Of a DNA stretch of 44,567 bases, positions 27,371 to 35,663 are shown piece after piece. The translations under genes were made by a program, and so were the position numbers. The notes beneath the pieces are model-generated. The model was not told where the DNA came from, ran no database searches, and was given only the letters and a program-made list of their open reading frames with translations. The stretch's first letter is position 1; each line of letters starts with the position of its first letter. The DNA lies in assembly GCA_041178745.1 (NCBI GenBank), contig JBEGUT010000001.1:1-44567 (forward strand), given 5' to 3'. The stretch comes from Planctomycetota bacterium. Lineage in GTDB: Bacteria; Planctomycetota; Planctomycetia; Pirellulales; Pirellulaceae.

Positions 27371-27897
27371 CTCGCTAGCATTCTCCCCTAAAACCGGGAC
27401 AGTCCTTGTTCGCGTGCCCCCCAGCCTGCTAGCAAACCACGCTGAAGACAGGACAGTCCTTGTTCTCAGGTCGCAGCTGGGCACGATTTGCTAGCGAATC
27501 TCGCTGAAACTAGAGCGAAGACGGGACAGTCGTTGTTCCGGTCGAACCCGAATCGATCTGCTAGCAAATATCATCTCGAAAAGAGAAGACAGGACAGTCC
27601 TTGTTCTCTGGTTGCAGCTCGGCTCGAATTGCTAGCAAATCAAAAAGGGAAGACTGGGAAAGTCAAGAAAGGACAGTCCTTGTTCTCGGCCGCTGAAACC
27701 GGGACAGTCCTTTTTCCTTGGGTGCGTCAATCGATTTGCTAGCAAGCCACGCAAAAGACAGGACAGTCCTGGTTCCTGCCTTTGTGTTAACATGCCCGAA
27801 CTGCTAGCAAATCAAAAAGGGAAACCGGGACAGTCGTTTCTCCTGTCTTATTCGTTTTGCTGGCAAATCAGAGGCAAGCCAGGGAAGTCGTTGTTCG
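27371..27897 (+). repeat. Mosaic intergenic repeat array C: same family and orientation as A, about 8-9 units
   Basis: GGACAGTC cores at 27397, 27451, 27524, 27592, 27671, 27702, 27761 and 27828, plus a degenerate copy near 27883. GCTAGC cores at 27374, 27428, 27490, 27560, 27631, 27738 and 27803, plus a GCTGGC variant at 27859. Confidence 0.9.
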
Positions 27898-28300
27898 CGC
27901 CGAGGGAAGACGAAGAATTGCCTGTTGGATGAAGGAACTGAAGCCGGCGATGAGATCGGTAGCAGCGAAAGGGGGGGAGTAAATGGCAAAACTGATTGAG
28001 TCGGGTCGGCGAACTTCAATCAGTCAGGGTAGTTGCTTTTGGGGGTGCTTTGATTCGGGGGTGTTAACCGGGGCTATTTGACCTTGTTATTTGAGGTTGG
28101 GTTGACGATACTTTCGTGCTTACATCGAAGTCAGGCTTAACCCAACCATGCCTTGTCGGTTTGGTTTTAGGCGATGAAGTAGTTCGCCACGCTCAAAAGT
28201 TTGTTATGAGTGAGGGATTAGGCCGCGTCTGTCCGAAAAAACTGGGAGCAGACTCGTCGACTTAAGTTAGATTTGTTTTTGGATTTGGAGCAATTTTGGT

Positions 28301-28909
28301 ATGGCTCGGTACCACGGTCCGAAAGCCCGCGTCAATCGTCGCTTGGGCGTCTTGGTTTTTGAAAACGCAGGTGCAATTAAAGCAAAAGAACGTCGCGACA
28401 CACCCCCAGGTATGCACGCTCGCGGACGACGCACCAGTAACTACGGCACTGCTTTGTCGGAAAAGCAGAAGATCAAATACTATTACGGCTTGGGTGAGCG
28501 TCAGCTACGACGCTTCTTTGCCGAAGCCTTGCGCCGCAAAGGCAACACGGGTGAAAACCTTCTCATTCTTTGCGAACGTCGCTTAGACAACGTGGTTCGT
28601 CGCGCTGGTTTCACCAAGACCCGTCCTCAGTCCCGCCAGGGTATCGTCCACGGCCATTTCAAGGTCAACGGCGTTAAGGTAACCAGCCCAAGCTACATGG
28701 TTCGCGCTGGCGATGTGATTGAATTGAAAGGCCGCGAGAATTTGAAGAACCTCTATCGCGGTATTTTGGCTAACAGTAGCGCCCAGCCGTTAGATTGGGT
28801 TAGCTTCGATACAGAAAATCTCACGGCGACTGTAAAGAGCAATCCAACGTCTAACGACGTCAGCTTGCCGGTCAATGCAAACATCGTGGTCGAATTCTTG
28901 TCTCGCTAG
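28301..28909 (+). CDS. rpsD: 30S ribosomal protein S4
   Basis: MARYHGPKARVNRRLG..., YGLGERQLRRFF, S4 RNA-binding domain RLDNVVRRAGF..TR.Q.RQ.I.HGH..VNG. Confidence 0.95.
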   Translation: MARYHGPKARVNRRLGVLVFENAGAIKAKERRDTPPGMHARGRRTSNYGTALSEKQKIKYYYGLGERQLRRFFAEALRRKGNTGENLLILCERRLDNVVRRAGFTKTRPQSRQGIVHGHFKVNGVKVTSPSYMVRAGDVIELKGRENLKNLYRGILANSSAQPLDWVSFDTENLTATVKSNPTSNDVSLPVNANIVVEFLSR

Positions 28910-29022
28910 TCCCAGGCGGCTTTCGAGAATGGCTGCACTTTTGCTTTAGATAGTGCAGCGTAGCTGGCATGGTAGCCGGCACATTAGAATATCGATAACA
29001 CGATACGTTCTTATGGAACTCT

Positions 29023-29142
29023 CGGTGCCCACCTGCTTGATAACAGGTGAGGCACCTTATGGTCCGTGGCACTTGTGGCCTAAAGTCCCTGTGCCCCAGA
29101 CCATAAGGTGTTTCTGAGGTTAGGCTATCGAAATCAGATAGC
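29023..29142 (+). other. Structured intergenic segment (three hairpins, two of them overlapping) between rpsD and lpdA
   Basis: GGTGCCCACCTG/CAGGTGAGGCACC (29023-29055); CACCTTATGGTC/GACCATAAGGTG (29052-29063 with 29098-29109); GGCTATC/GATAGCC (29122-29142). Confidence 0.4.
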
Positions 29143-29168
29143 CGCAAAATCTGTAACGCGAGAACATC

Positions 29169-30599
29169 ATGCACTCACAGCTGGTTGTTTTGGGCGGCGG
29201 GCCAGGTGGTTACGCAGCAGCTTTTCTAGCGGCCGATGAAGGTCTAGAAGTAACCCTGATCGAAGCCGAAGGTAGGCTCGGTGGTACCTGTTTGCTTCGT
29301 GGGTGCATTCCCTCCAAAGCATTGCTGCATGTTGCAAAAGTGATCTCGGAAGCACAAGAGCTCACTCATGATTGGGGCGTTGAGTTCAACACTCCAAAGG
29401 TCAATATCGACAAGGTGCGAGCTCGCAAAGAGAAGGTAATCGCGACCCTAAGTGGCGGTCTCGGTCAACTTGCTAAGCGGCGAAACGTCCGGGTCATCAA
29501 GGCCAAAGGTGTATTCGAAAGCAACACTTCGATTCGTCTTGAAGGAAACGATCCGTCGATCCCGGAAGAAAAAACAATCACTTTCGACTACTGCATTGTG
29601 GCTACTGGTAGCACTCCAGCAATGCCACCTTCGTTCCAAATCGGTAGCTCGTTGGTAATGGATAGCACCGGAGCGCTTGAACTAGCTGACGTTCCAAACA
29701 AGATGCTCGTTGTCGGTGGCGGTTACATCGGTCTGGAAATGGGGACGGTTTACGCAAACCTCGGATCACAAGTATCGGTTGTCGAATTGACCGACGGACT
29801 ACTGCAAGGTGCTGATCGCGACTTGGTAAAACCTTTGCATAAACGCTTGGATGAATTACTCAGCAAGAGAATTTATCTCAACACCAAAGTGGGTTCGATC
29901 GCCGAAGTCGAAGGTCAAGTTGAAGTCACCTTCGAAGGCCCAGGCAAGTTTGGGCATGAGCGATTCGATCGAGTCCTCGTCAGCGTTGGTCGACGTCCAA
30001 CATCGCGCGGAATCGGTCTTGAGAATACGAAGGTCGCGGTCGATCAACGTGGGTTCATTCTGTGTGACAAGCAACAACGCACCGCTGAACCTAACATCTT
30101 TGCTATCGGTGACGTGGCAGGCGAACCGATGCTCGCGCACAAAGCATCGCACGAAGCCAAGGTCGCTGTTGAAGTGATCCTCGGAGAACCGGCATCGTTC
30201 GATAAAGCCGCAATTCCTGCAGTCGTTTTCACGGATCCTGAAATTGCTTGGGCAGGTCTCACCGAAGATCAAGCCAAGAAACAAGGAATCGATGTGGATA
30301 TCGAAACCTATCCATGGGCCGCTAGTGGTCGCGCTCAGGCGCTCGGTCGAACCGACGGGCTCACCAAATTGATCGTTGGAAAAGGTGAGCCAGGTCGAGT
30401 CCTTGGTTGCGGCATCGTTGGGCCAGGTGCTGGTGAACTGATCGCCGAAGCAGTGCTTGCGATCGAGATGGGCTGTGAAGTTCGCGACCTAACAGAAGCG
30501 ATTCACCCACACCCGACGTTGAGTGAAACTTTAATGAATGCAGGAGAAGTTCATTTTGGAACTGCCACTGAAATCTACAAGCCTAAGCGACACGGTTAG
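29169..30599 (+). CDS. lpdA: Dihydrolipoyl dehydrogenase (E3)
   Basis: VVLGGGPGGY, redox disulfide GGTCLLRGCIPSK, second Rossmann motif VVGGGYIGLEMG and C-terminal HPHPTLSE. Confidence 0.9.
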   Translation: MHSQLVVLGGGPGGYAAAFLAADEGLEVTLIEAEGRLGGTCLLRGCIPSKALLHVAKVISEAQELTHDWGVEFNTPKVNIDKVRARKEKVIATLSGGLGQLAKRRNVRVIKAKGVFESNTSIRLEGNDPSIPEEKTITFDYCIVATGSTPAMPPSFQIGSSLVMDSTGALELADVPNKMLVVGGGYIGLEMGTVYANLGSQVSVVELTDGLLQGADRDLVKPLHKRLDELLSKRIYLNTKVGSIAEVEGQVEVTFEGPGKFGHERFDRVLVSVGRRPTSRGIGLENTKVAVDQRGFILCDKQQRTAEPNIFAIGDVAGEPMLAHKASHEAKVAVEVILGEPASFDKAAIPAVVFTDPEIAWAGLTEDQAKKQGIDVDIETYPWAASGRAQALGRTDGLTKLIVGKGEPGRVLGCGIVGPGAGELIAEAVLAIEMGCEVRDLTEAIHPHPTLSETLMNAGEVHFGTATEIYKPKRHG

Positions 30600-30838
30600 T
30601 GCTTAACTGCATTGGCTGAAAAGTTTTCGCAAGCGTTGCAGGCGTTACGGCTCGCGAACGGTTTCTGTCAGGTTTCTCTGTTTTCGACGACTCTGCCAAC
30701 GATTGACGGGCAGAGTTGATTGGATATCCGTCTGTGAACTACCAGTCGTAGCTTTCCTCCCCTACGACTAATCCAACACTGCTTGACTATCTGACGGATT
30801 ACTCGGATTCCAATCATCTCGATTGCAGGAGAATTCGC

Positions 30839-31054
30839 ATGAATGGGAAGGAAGTGATTTTACATCTGCTCAAGGAAGGGGAATGGAACCAAGCCATTTT
30901 GCTGTACCGTGAAGAAACAGGTGTCCCTCGCCGGCAAGCGATTCGCGAAGTCCAGCATCTAGCCCACCTCCATCATCTGCAGCCCGCCATTCCCTGGCTT
31001 TGGAAACGCACGACAAAAACATCAGCACCCTCTAACGACTCAAAGTCCAGGTGA
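30839..31054 (+). CDS. Small hypothetical protein (L7/L12 C-terminal-domain-like motif)
   Basis: 71-aa ORF. LLYREETGVPRRQAIREVQHL resembles the REITGLGLKEAKDLVE helix-turn of L7/L12-CTD-like small proteins. Confidence 0.4.
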   Translation: MNGKEVILHLLKEGEWNQAILLYREETGVPRRQAIREVQHLAHLHHLQPAIPWLWKRTTKTSAPSNDSKSR

Positions 31055-31123
31055 GCTTGCTGGTTTTTGTAACCCAATCAACAGTGCCGAACTAAGCTGC
31101 GAAGCGATTTTCCCGCGAAAAGG

Positions 31124-32177
31124 CTACTGAGGATAGCGGCCATCGGAAGGAAGCGGTTGGTCGGTTTCTTTTGGTAATTGATAACGATCGCTCAGCCACA
31201 CCATCGTCCCGGGATCGCTATAAAAAAATTTCCACTTTCGATGGCTACCAGGAAATGATTTAGCGACTTCGCTGCTTGCTTCCGGCTGAAGTTCCTTACC
31301 GAGTCTAGATCCCGATGGAAGAATCAGACCATCCGCCCCCCAGCGATCAAGCCACTTACCCCACTCACCTTCGCAGCCAAACAATGCGAGATGATCTTCC
31401 ATCACGCCGGGCTGAAAAGCAGCTTCGTAAAGCCCGTCAAGACTTACAAGAATGTTCGGTTGCAACTGCCATGTCACATACGCACCGGTGTCGAAGTCGG
31501 TGATAAGTCTTCCCTGGAATTGACTACGCTCCAAGTATGCGATGGCACCTAAAGGATAATCACCTCGCTCACCTGTAACCGTCACAGGTAAATACGCTTT
31601 CCAAAACGGATACCACAACGCGTACCTCCAAAAAAACAGTCATCACAACACACGCTTGGGCGAGCAGGAGTTTTTTGCGCGACAAAAAGACCTGCAGTCG
31701 ATTTCCCAATGACATGTACGAAATCCATGCTGGTACATCAGCTAGCCAAATCAATCCGTAAATCGAACCATGCCGAATATGCTTCACAGCCATCACCGCA
31801 CAGAATAGCAAAAACAGAAATCCTCTGAGCCGAGTCCAGCGACGATGACGGCCAGCGTAAAGTAACAACGCCACCGATATCGCATAGAAGAACATCGTTT
31901 GCATCGGTTCGTATGTTGTCCAGAGCGGTCCCCATTTAGCGATCAGTGGACGTGGCATCAATAAGCCATAAGCGAGATAGACGATGTATTCACTGCCGTA
32001 AGGAATCACAAATAAAATAAGGACGGCAATCGGAACAGTTGCAAATAGATGCCAAGTATCGAAAAGCAAAATCATCAGCGTCTTAGTTTGAGCATGTCGC
32101 TTTCCTAGCAGGGCGACACGGCTAAGAACGCGGCTCATGGAGAGGTTATTGGCCGATGACGTCATGATCTCTTGCAA
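31124..32177 (-). pseudogene. GT-C-like membrane protein gene interrupted by a frameshift at an A7/T7 homopolymer
   Basis: ORFs 31569-32177 and 31124-31618 overlap in different frames. The downstream frame is open only from 31639. A shift inside A7 (31630-31636) joins ...LLLAQACVVMTVF to FWRYALWYPFWKAYLP..., giving a continuous TM helix plus periplasmic domain. Confidence 0.6.
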
Positions 32178-32661
32178 CGCAATGTGGGTGGGGTTCGATT
32201 GGCAGGATGAATCGTTCGATCATCTCGTCTCGTAGCTTCTGGCTCACCGGGGTAAGAGCAGTGGCCACGATGGGCCATGGCGCAAGGGCGAATCCAAACC
32301 GATTGGCGAGTGCTTGAGAAAAGCTAGCATAGCCCCTGGTGTTTTAGAGATAAGCAAAAGGACGGTTAGTTTGAGGGGCCCTGACTTCTTTTCCGAAACA
32401 CGCAAGATTACCGATTTTGTCGACTTTGCGTAGAAACTGATCTAGGTCCCTGCTTGCGAAGGTTTTAAACTGTCGTTCATGCCAAGCAAGACACAGTCAA
32501 GGAAGACCCTGTCGATGGCAAACTCTGTTAGCAAACGGGGATTGTTACTAACAGAAATTGTGCAAGTGCGAATCTGGCCGGATCGCGCGAGCGGAAGTTA
32601 GCTTGAGAAATCGTGTTCGGGAATTAGAGTCCCGGGCAACTCGAAATGGAGTACCGCGAGC

Positions 32662-33663
32662 ATGGAAGCTCGAAAGATTACGCTAGCTTGTCTAGCGTTA
32701 GCGTCATTGACGTTTTGCGGAGCCGGCTATCGAACTGAAAATTTCATCGTCACTGCCAGTACACCTCAGCTAGCCCGCACAGTAGCGGAGCGTGCAGAAG
32801 GATTTCGAAAGCAGCTAGCGATTTATTGGCTGGGAAAAGAACTTCCACGCTGGCCAGACGCTTGTCCGATTCAGGTGCTTGCACGCCCCAATTTGGGAGC
32901 GGGTGGAGCGACGACTTTCACGTTCTTCAACGGCACCGTCGGTCGTTGGTCGATGAATGTGCAAGGCACGGAAGAGCGGATTCTTGATAGCGTGTTGCCT
33001 CACGAAATTACGCACACGGTTCTAGCCACTCACTTTGCTCCCTTGGGAAAGCCTGTGCCGCGATGGGCGGATGAAGGGGCGTGTACAACGGTGGAGCATA
33101 TTAGCGAGCGAAGCAAGTTCGATCGACTGCTGATCGATTATCTGCACACGGGACAGGGCATTTCATTTCAAGAGCTATATCACATGAAGGATTACCCGAG
33201 CGATCCTCTGCCACTGTATGCAGAGGGCTATTCGTTGGTAAGTTTTCTAGTGGCTCAAGGTGGTCCAAGAAAGTTCGTGCAATATCTTCACGACGGTATG
33301 GTGAGTGACGATTGGGCCGCGACAACTGCCAAGCATTACAAGTACGAAGGCCTTGGCCACGTAAAAAAGAATTGGCTGGCTTGGGTAGGTGACGGAGGGG
33401 GAGATGTAAGTCGTTACGCGGCAGCACCAATTTCGGAAGATGTGATTCTGGCTTCAACAAGCACTCCTTTGTCGGAGATTGCGAGTACTTCAAAGAGTAA
33501 CGAAGAGATGCAGGTGAGAGTGGCAGCAGCCAATGCACCTGCTCGTTCATGGCATCATGCGAAGCTTGGTATCAGCGGTGGAGTGCGGCCAATTAATCCC
33601 AGTCCCAAACCACAACTTCCGCAAGATCCACCTTCCATTCCGGCCAATACCGTTCTCCGCTAG
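32662..33663 (+). CDS. Secreted HExxH (zincin-like) protein, unknown specificity
   Basis: Signal-peptide-like N-terminus (ITLACLALASLTFCGAG), LPHEITHTV zinc-binding-type motif and a downstream WADEGACT glutamate. Confidence 0.55.
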   Translation: MEARKITLACLALASLTFCGAGYRTENFIVTASTPQLARTVAERAEGFRKQLAIYWLGKELPRWPDACPIQVLARPNLGAGGATTFTFFNGTVGRWSMNVQGTEERILDSVLPHEITHTVLATHFAPLGKPVPRWADEGACTTVEHISERSKFDRLLIDYLHTGQGISFQELYHMKDYPSDPLPLYAEGYSLVSFLVAQGGPRKFVQYLHDGMVSDDWAATTAKHYKYEGLGHVKKNWLAWVGDGGGDVSRYAAAPISEDVILASTSTPLSEIASTSKSNEEMQVRVAAANAPARSWHHAKLGISGGVRPINPSPKPQLPQDPPSIPANTVLR

Positions 33664-33900
33664 TTCGAATTTGCGGGGAGTGACAGGGTTTGGACATGAG
33701 TCGGTGCTGGGATGGGTTATCTAGCAAATCGTGATTTCTTGGAATCCCAAAACAAATAGGCTATCCCAAAGATTCATATCGACTTTGGTCTCTATTGAGT
33801 GCGAGTCAAATGATATTTGGCTCGCACTCTCTCGTTTATACAAAGCCTAACCGATACGTACATTCCGTGCCTTACCCTTCACCCGGTAGTCGGAGTGAAG

Positions 33901-35538
33901 TTAATCCTGACCTAATTTGGTCGAACTTGCGGAAGTCTTGCTTTGCATTCGCTCTTTTGCCATATCGACGAAAGATTTCGCCTGATTGTTATCTTCATAG
34001 AGCCGAATGATGCTCTGCCAGATCTGTTTCGCTTGAGACATCTTTCCGTTCTCATAAGCGTTATCTGCTTCATCAAGTTTCGCTTGTAGCATCTTACTCA
34101 GAGCATCAAAAGCGGTAGGGCCGGTGTCTAGTTCCTTGAGTCGTCGCTGCGCAAGAGCTACTACGGCGCGATTCTCTGGATCTTCGTTCATCAATGTGAT
34201 GATCGCTCGATACTGCTGAGCGGCTGCTTCATTATCGCCGAACTTCTCGAATTGGAACGCTTCTGCACATTTCTGTTCAGCTTCGGTCTTCATATCGCGA
34301 CCAAGCCGTGCTGCAACTTCGATTCGTCTGGCGAGATTCGAGGCTTCGATATCCTCCACCATCTCTTTGGCCCAGGCAGCGTTTTGCCCCTGAGGGAATC
34401 GTTCAAGTAGCGGCAATAGATATTCATCCATAGCGGTGTTCATCTGCACCGAATCCTTCGTCTCTAAGAGAGCTTCAGCGCGGCGACGCAGAGTGGCTTC
34501 GTCTAGAGGTCTCATCAACCACACGACAGCGCTGACAGCAACCAAGAGCATAGCGATCAGTCCGGTTGTGCTATTGAATAGCCAAGGAGCTGGATTGCTA
34601 AGAGGCTTGCGCTCTTTCTTCCGCCCGAGTATTTTTTCAACTTCCTTCCGGTCCGCTTTAATTTGGAGTGGATTAAACCCACTGGCAACATGCTCGGCAA
34701 CACTGACTCCTCCCGCTGCTCGCGTGCGCGCTTGATTGAGGGCCATCACAACCGCTGCCATGCTGTAGGGCCGTTGGAGTGGTTCCTTCTGTAGCATTTG
34801 AGCGACTAGTGTGCTGAGCCATACAGGACAATCCAAGACAACCGACGACACGTTCGGAGGGACGGTGCGCTGAATTGAGGCGTCCAGCAGTTCCGGCGAA
34901 GTATTTGTATCGAACGGTGTTTGACCAGCGAGCATCACATAGAGAATCACTCCGAGTGAATAAACATCGGATCGCTCATTTCGCAGCGGTAGTTCTTGTA
35001 ATGCTTCTGGTGCTTGGTAGACACGTTGCTGAGGTGTTAATTGCAGCGGTGTCATCCACAACGCATCATCTTCGCGTCGGATATCGGTGACCTTCGCTTG
35101 CAGTCCACCTTCACAAATCATGATTTTGTCGGGTCGCAATCGATCATGTTGCCAGCCTTGTTCGGAGGCGTACTGAAGCGCCTCAGCGATTTGCAACGCA
35201 TAATCGAGCGCGGTCTCCCAAGGCAACGAGCCGCGTCTTTGCAATAATAAATCAAGCGATTCCCCGTCGAGCCATTCGTACGCTAGGAATGCTTCTTTTT
35301 TCTCAAAGCCACCTCCATAGCAACGTGCAATCCCAGGATGTCGAAGTTCTTTTAAGTCTTCGATCTGGGCAGCAAATTGCTGCTTGCTTTCCGGAGTTAA
35401 GCCCATCGGGGTCGAAAATATTCGAATCGCAGCGGTTTTCTTTTGCTGGATATGCATCGCACGATAGACGTTCGATCGCTTAGGGTCGATACCCAAAGGT
35501 GTTTCTAGAGCGAACGGCCCGACGACTGAGCGTGGCAT
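33901..35538 (-). CDS. Hanks-type Ser/Thr kinase-like protein with degenerate catalytic motifs (predicted pseudokinase), one TM helix and a helical-repeat C-terminal region
   Basis: The kinase fold is recognisable (APE in YQAPEAL, SDVYSLGVILY, LQRP). However, the Gly-loop is degenerate, the VAIK Lys is Arg39 (AAIRIF), HRD is HDR (131-133) with KPxN changed to RPDK, and DFG is DIR (152-154). The TM is near LIAMLLVAVSAVVWL. Confidence 0.75.
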   Translation of the reverse strand: MPRSVVGPFALETPLGIDPKRSNVYRAMHIQQKKTAAIRIFSTPMGLTPESKQQFAAQIEDLKELRHPGIARCYGGGFEKKEAFLAYEWLDGESLDLLLQRRGSLPWETALDYALQIAEALQYASEQGWQHDRLRPDKIMICEGGLQAKVTDIRREDDALWMTPLQLTPQQRVYQAPEALQELPLRNERSDVYSLGVILYVMLAGQTPFDTNTSPELLDASIQRTVPPNVSSVVLDCPVWLSTLVAQMLQKEPLQRPYSMAAVVMALNQARTRAAGGVSVAEHVASGFNPLQIKADRKEVEKILGRKKERKPLSNPAPWLFNSTTGLIAMLLVAVSAVVWLMRPLDEATLRRRAEALLETKDSVQMNTAMDEYLLPLLERFPQGQNAAWAKEMVEDIEASNLARRIEVAARLGRDMKTEAEQKCAEAFQFEKFGDNEAAAQQYRAIITLMNEDPENRAVVALAQRRLKELDTGPTAFDALSKMLQAKLDEADNAYENGKMSQAKQIWQSIIRLYEDNNQAKSFVDMAKERMQSKTSASSTKLGQD

Positions 35539-35663
35539 AGATCCCCTGCAGTCTTGAAAAAATCGATGAGCGATAAGCGAGGAGCTCGCTAATTTACGGG
35601 TCCTTTATCATACGGCCATTAGGAAAATCGTTCCAGTTTTTTGTGAACTTTCCTCTCGCATCG

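Noticed and set aside
27898-28300. Sigma-70-type promoter or S4 autoregulatory leader upstream of rpsD (TTGACC/TTGACG hexamers, GGTTGGGTT...AACCCAACC inverted repeat at about 28094-28147)
   Set aside because: No -35/-10 pair has acceptable spacing, and promoter consensus for this lineage is not something I can apply confidently. The inverted repeat is real, but its function cannot be supported.
32190-32215. tRNA-like GGTTCGATT T-loop motif
   Set aside because: The flanking bases do not form a T-stem (GGGG is not matched by CCCC), and no acceptor, D or anticodon arms can be drawn.
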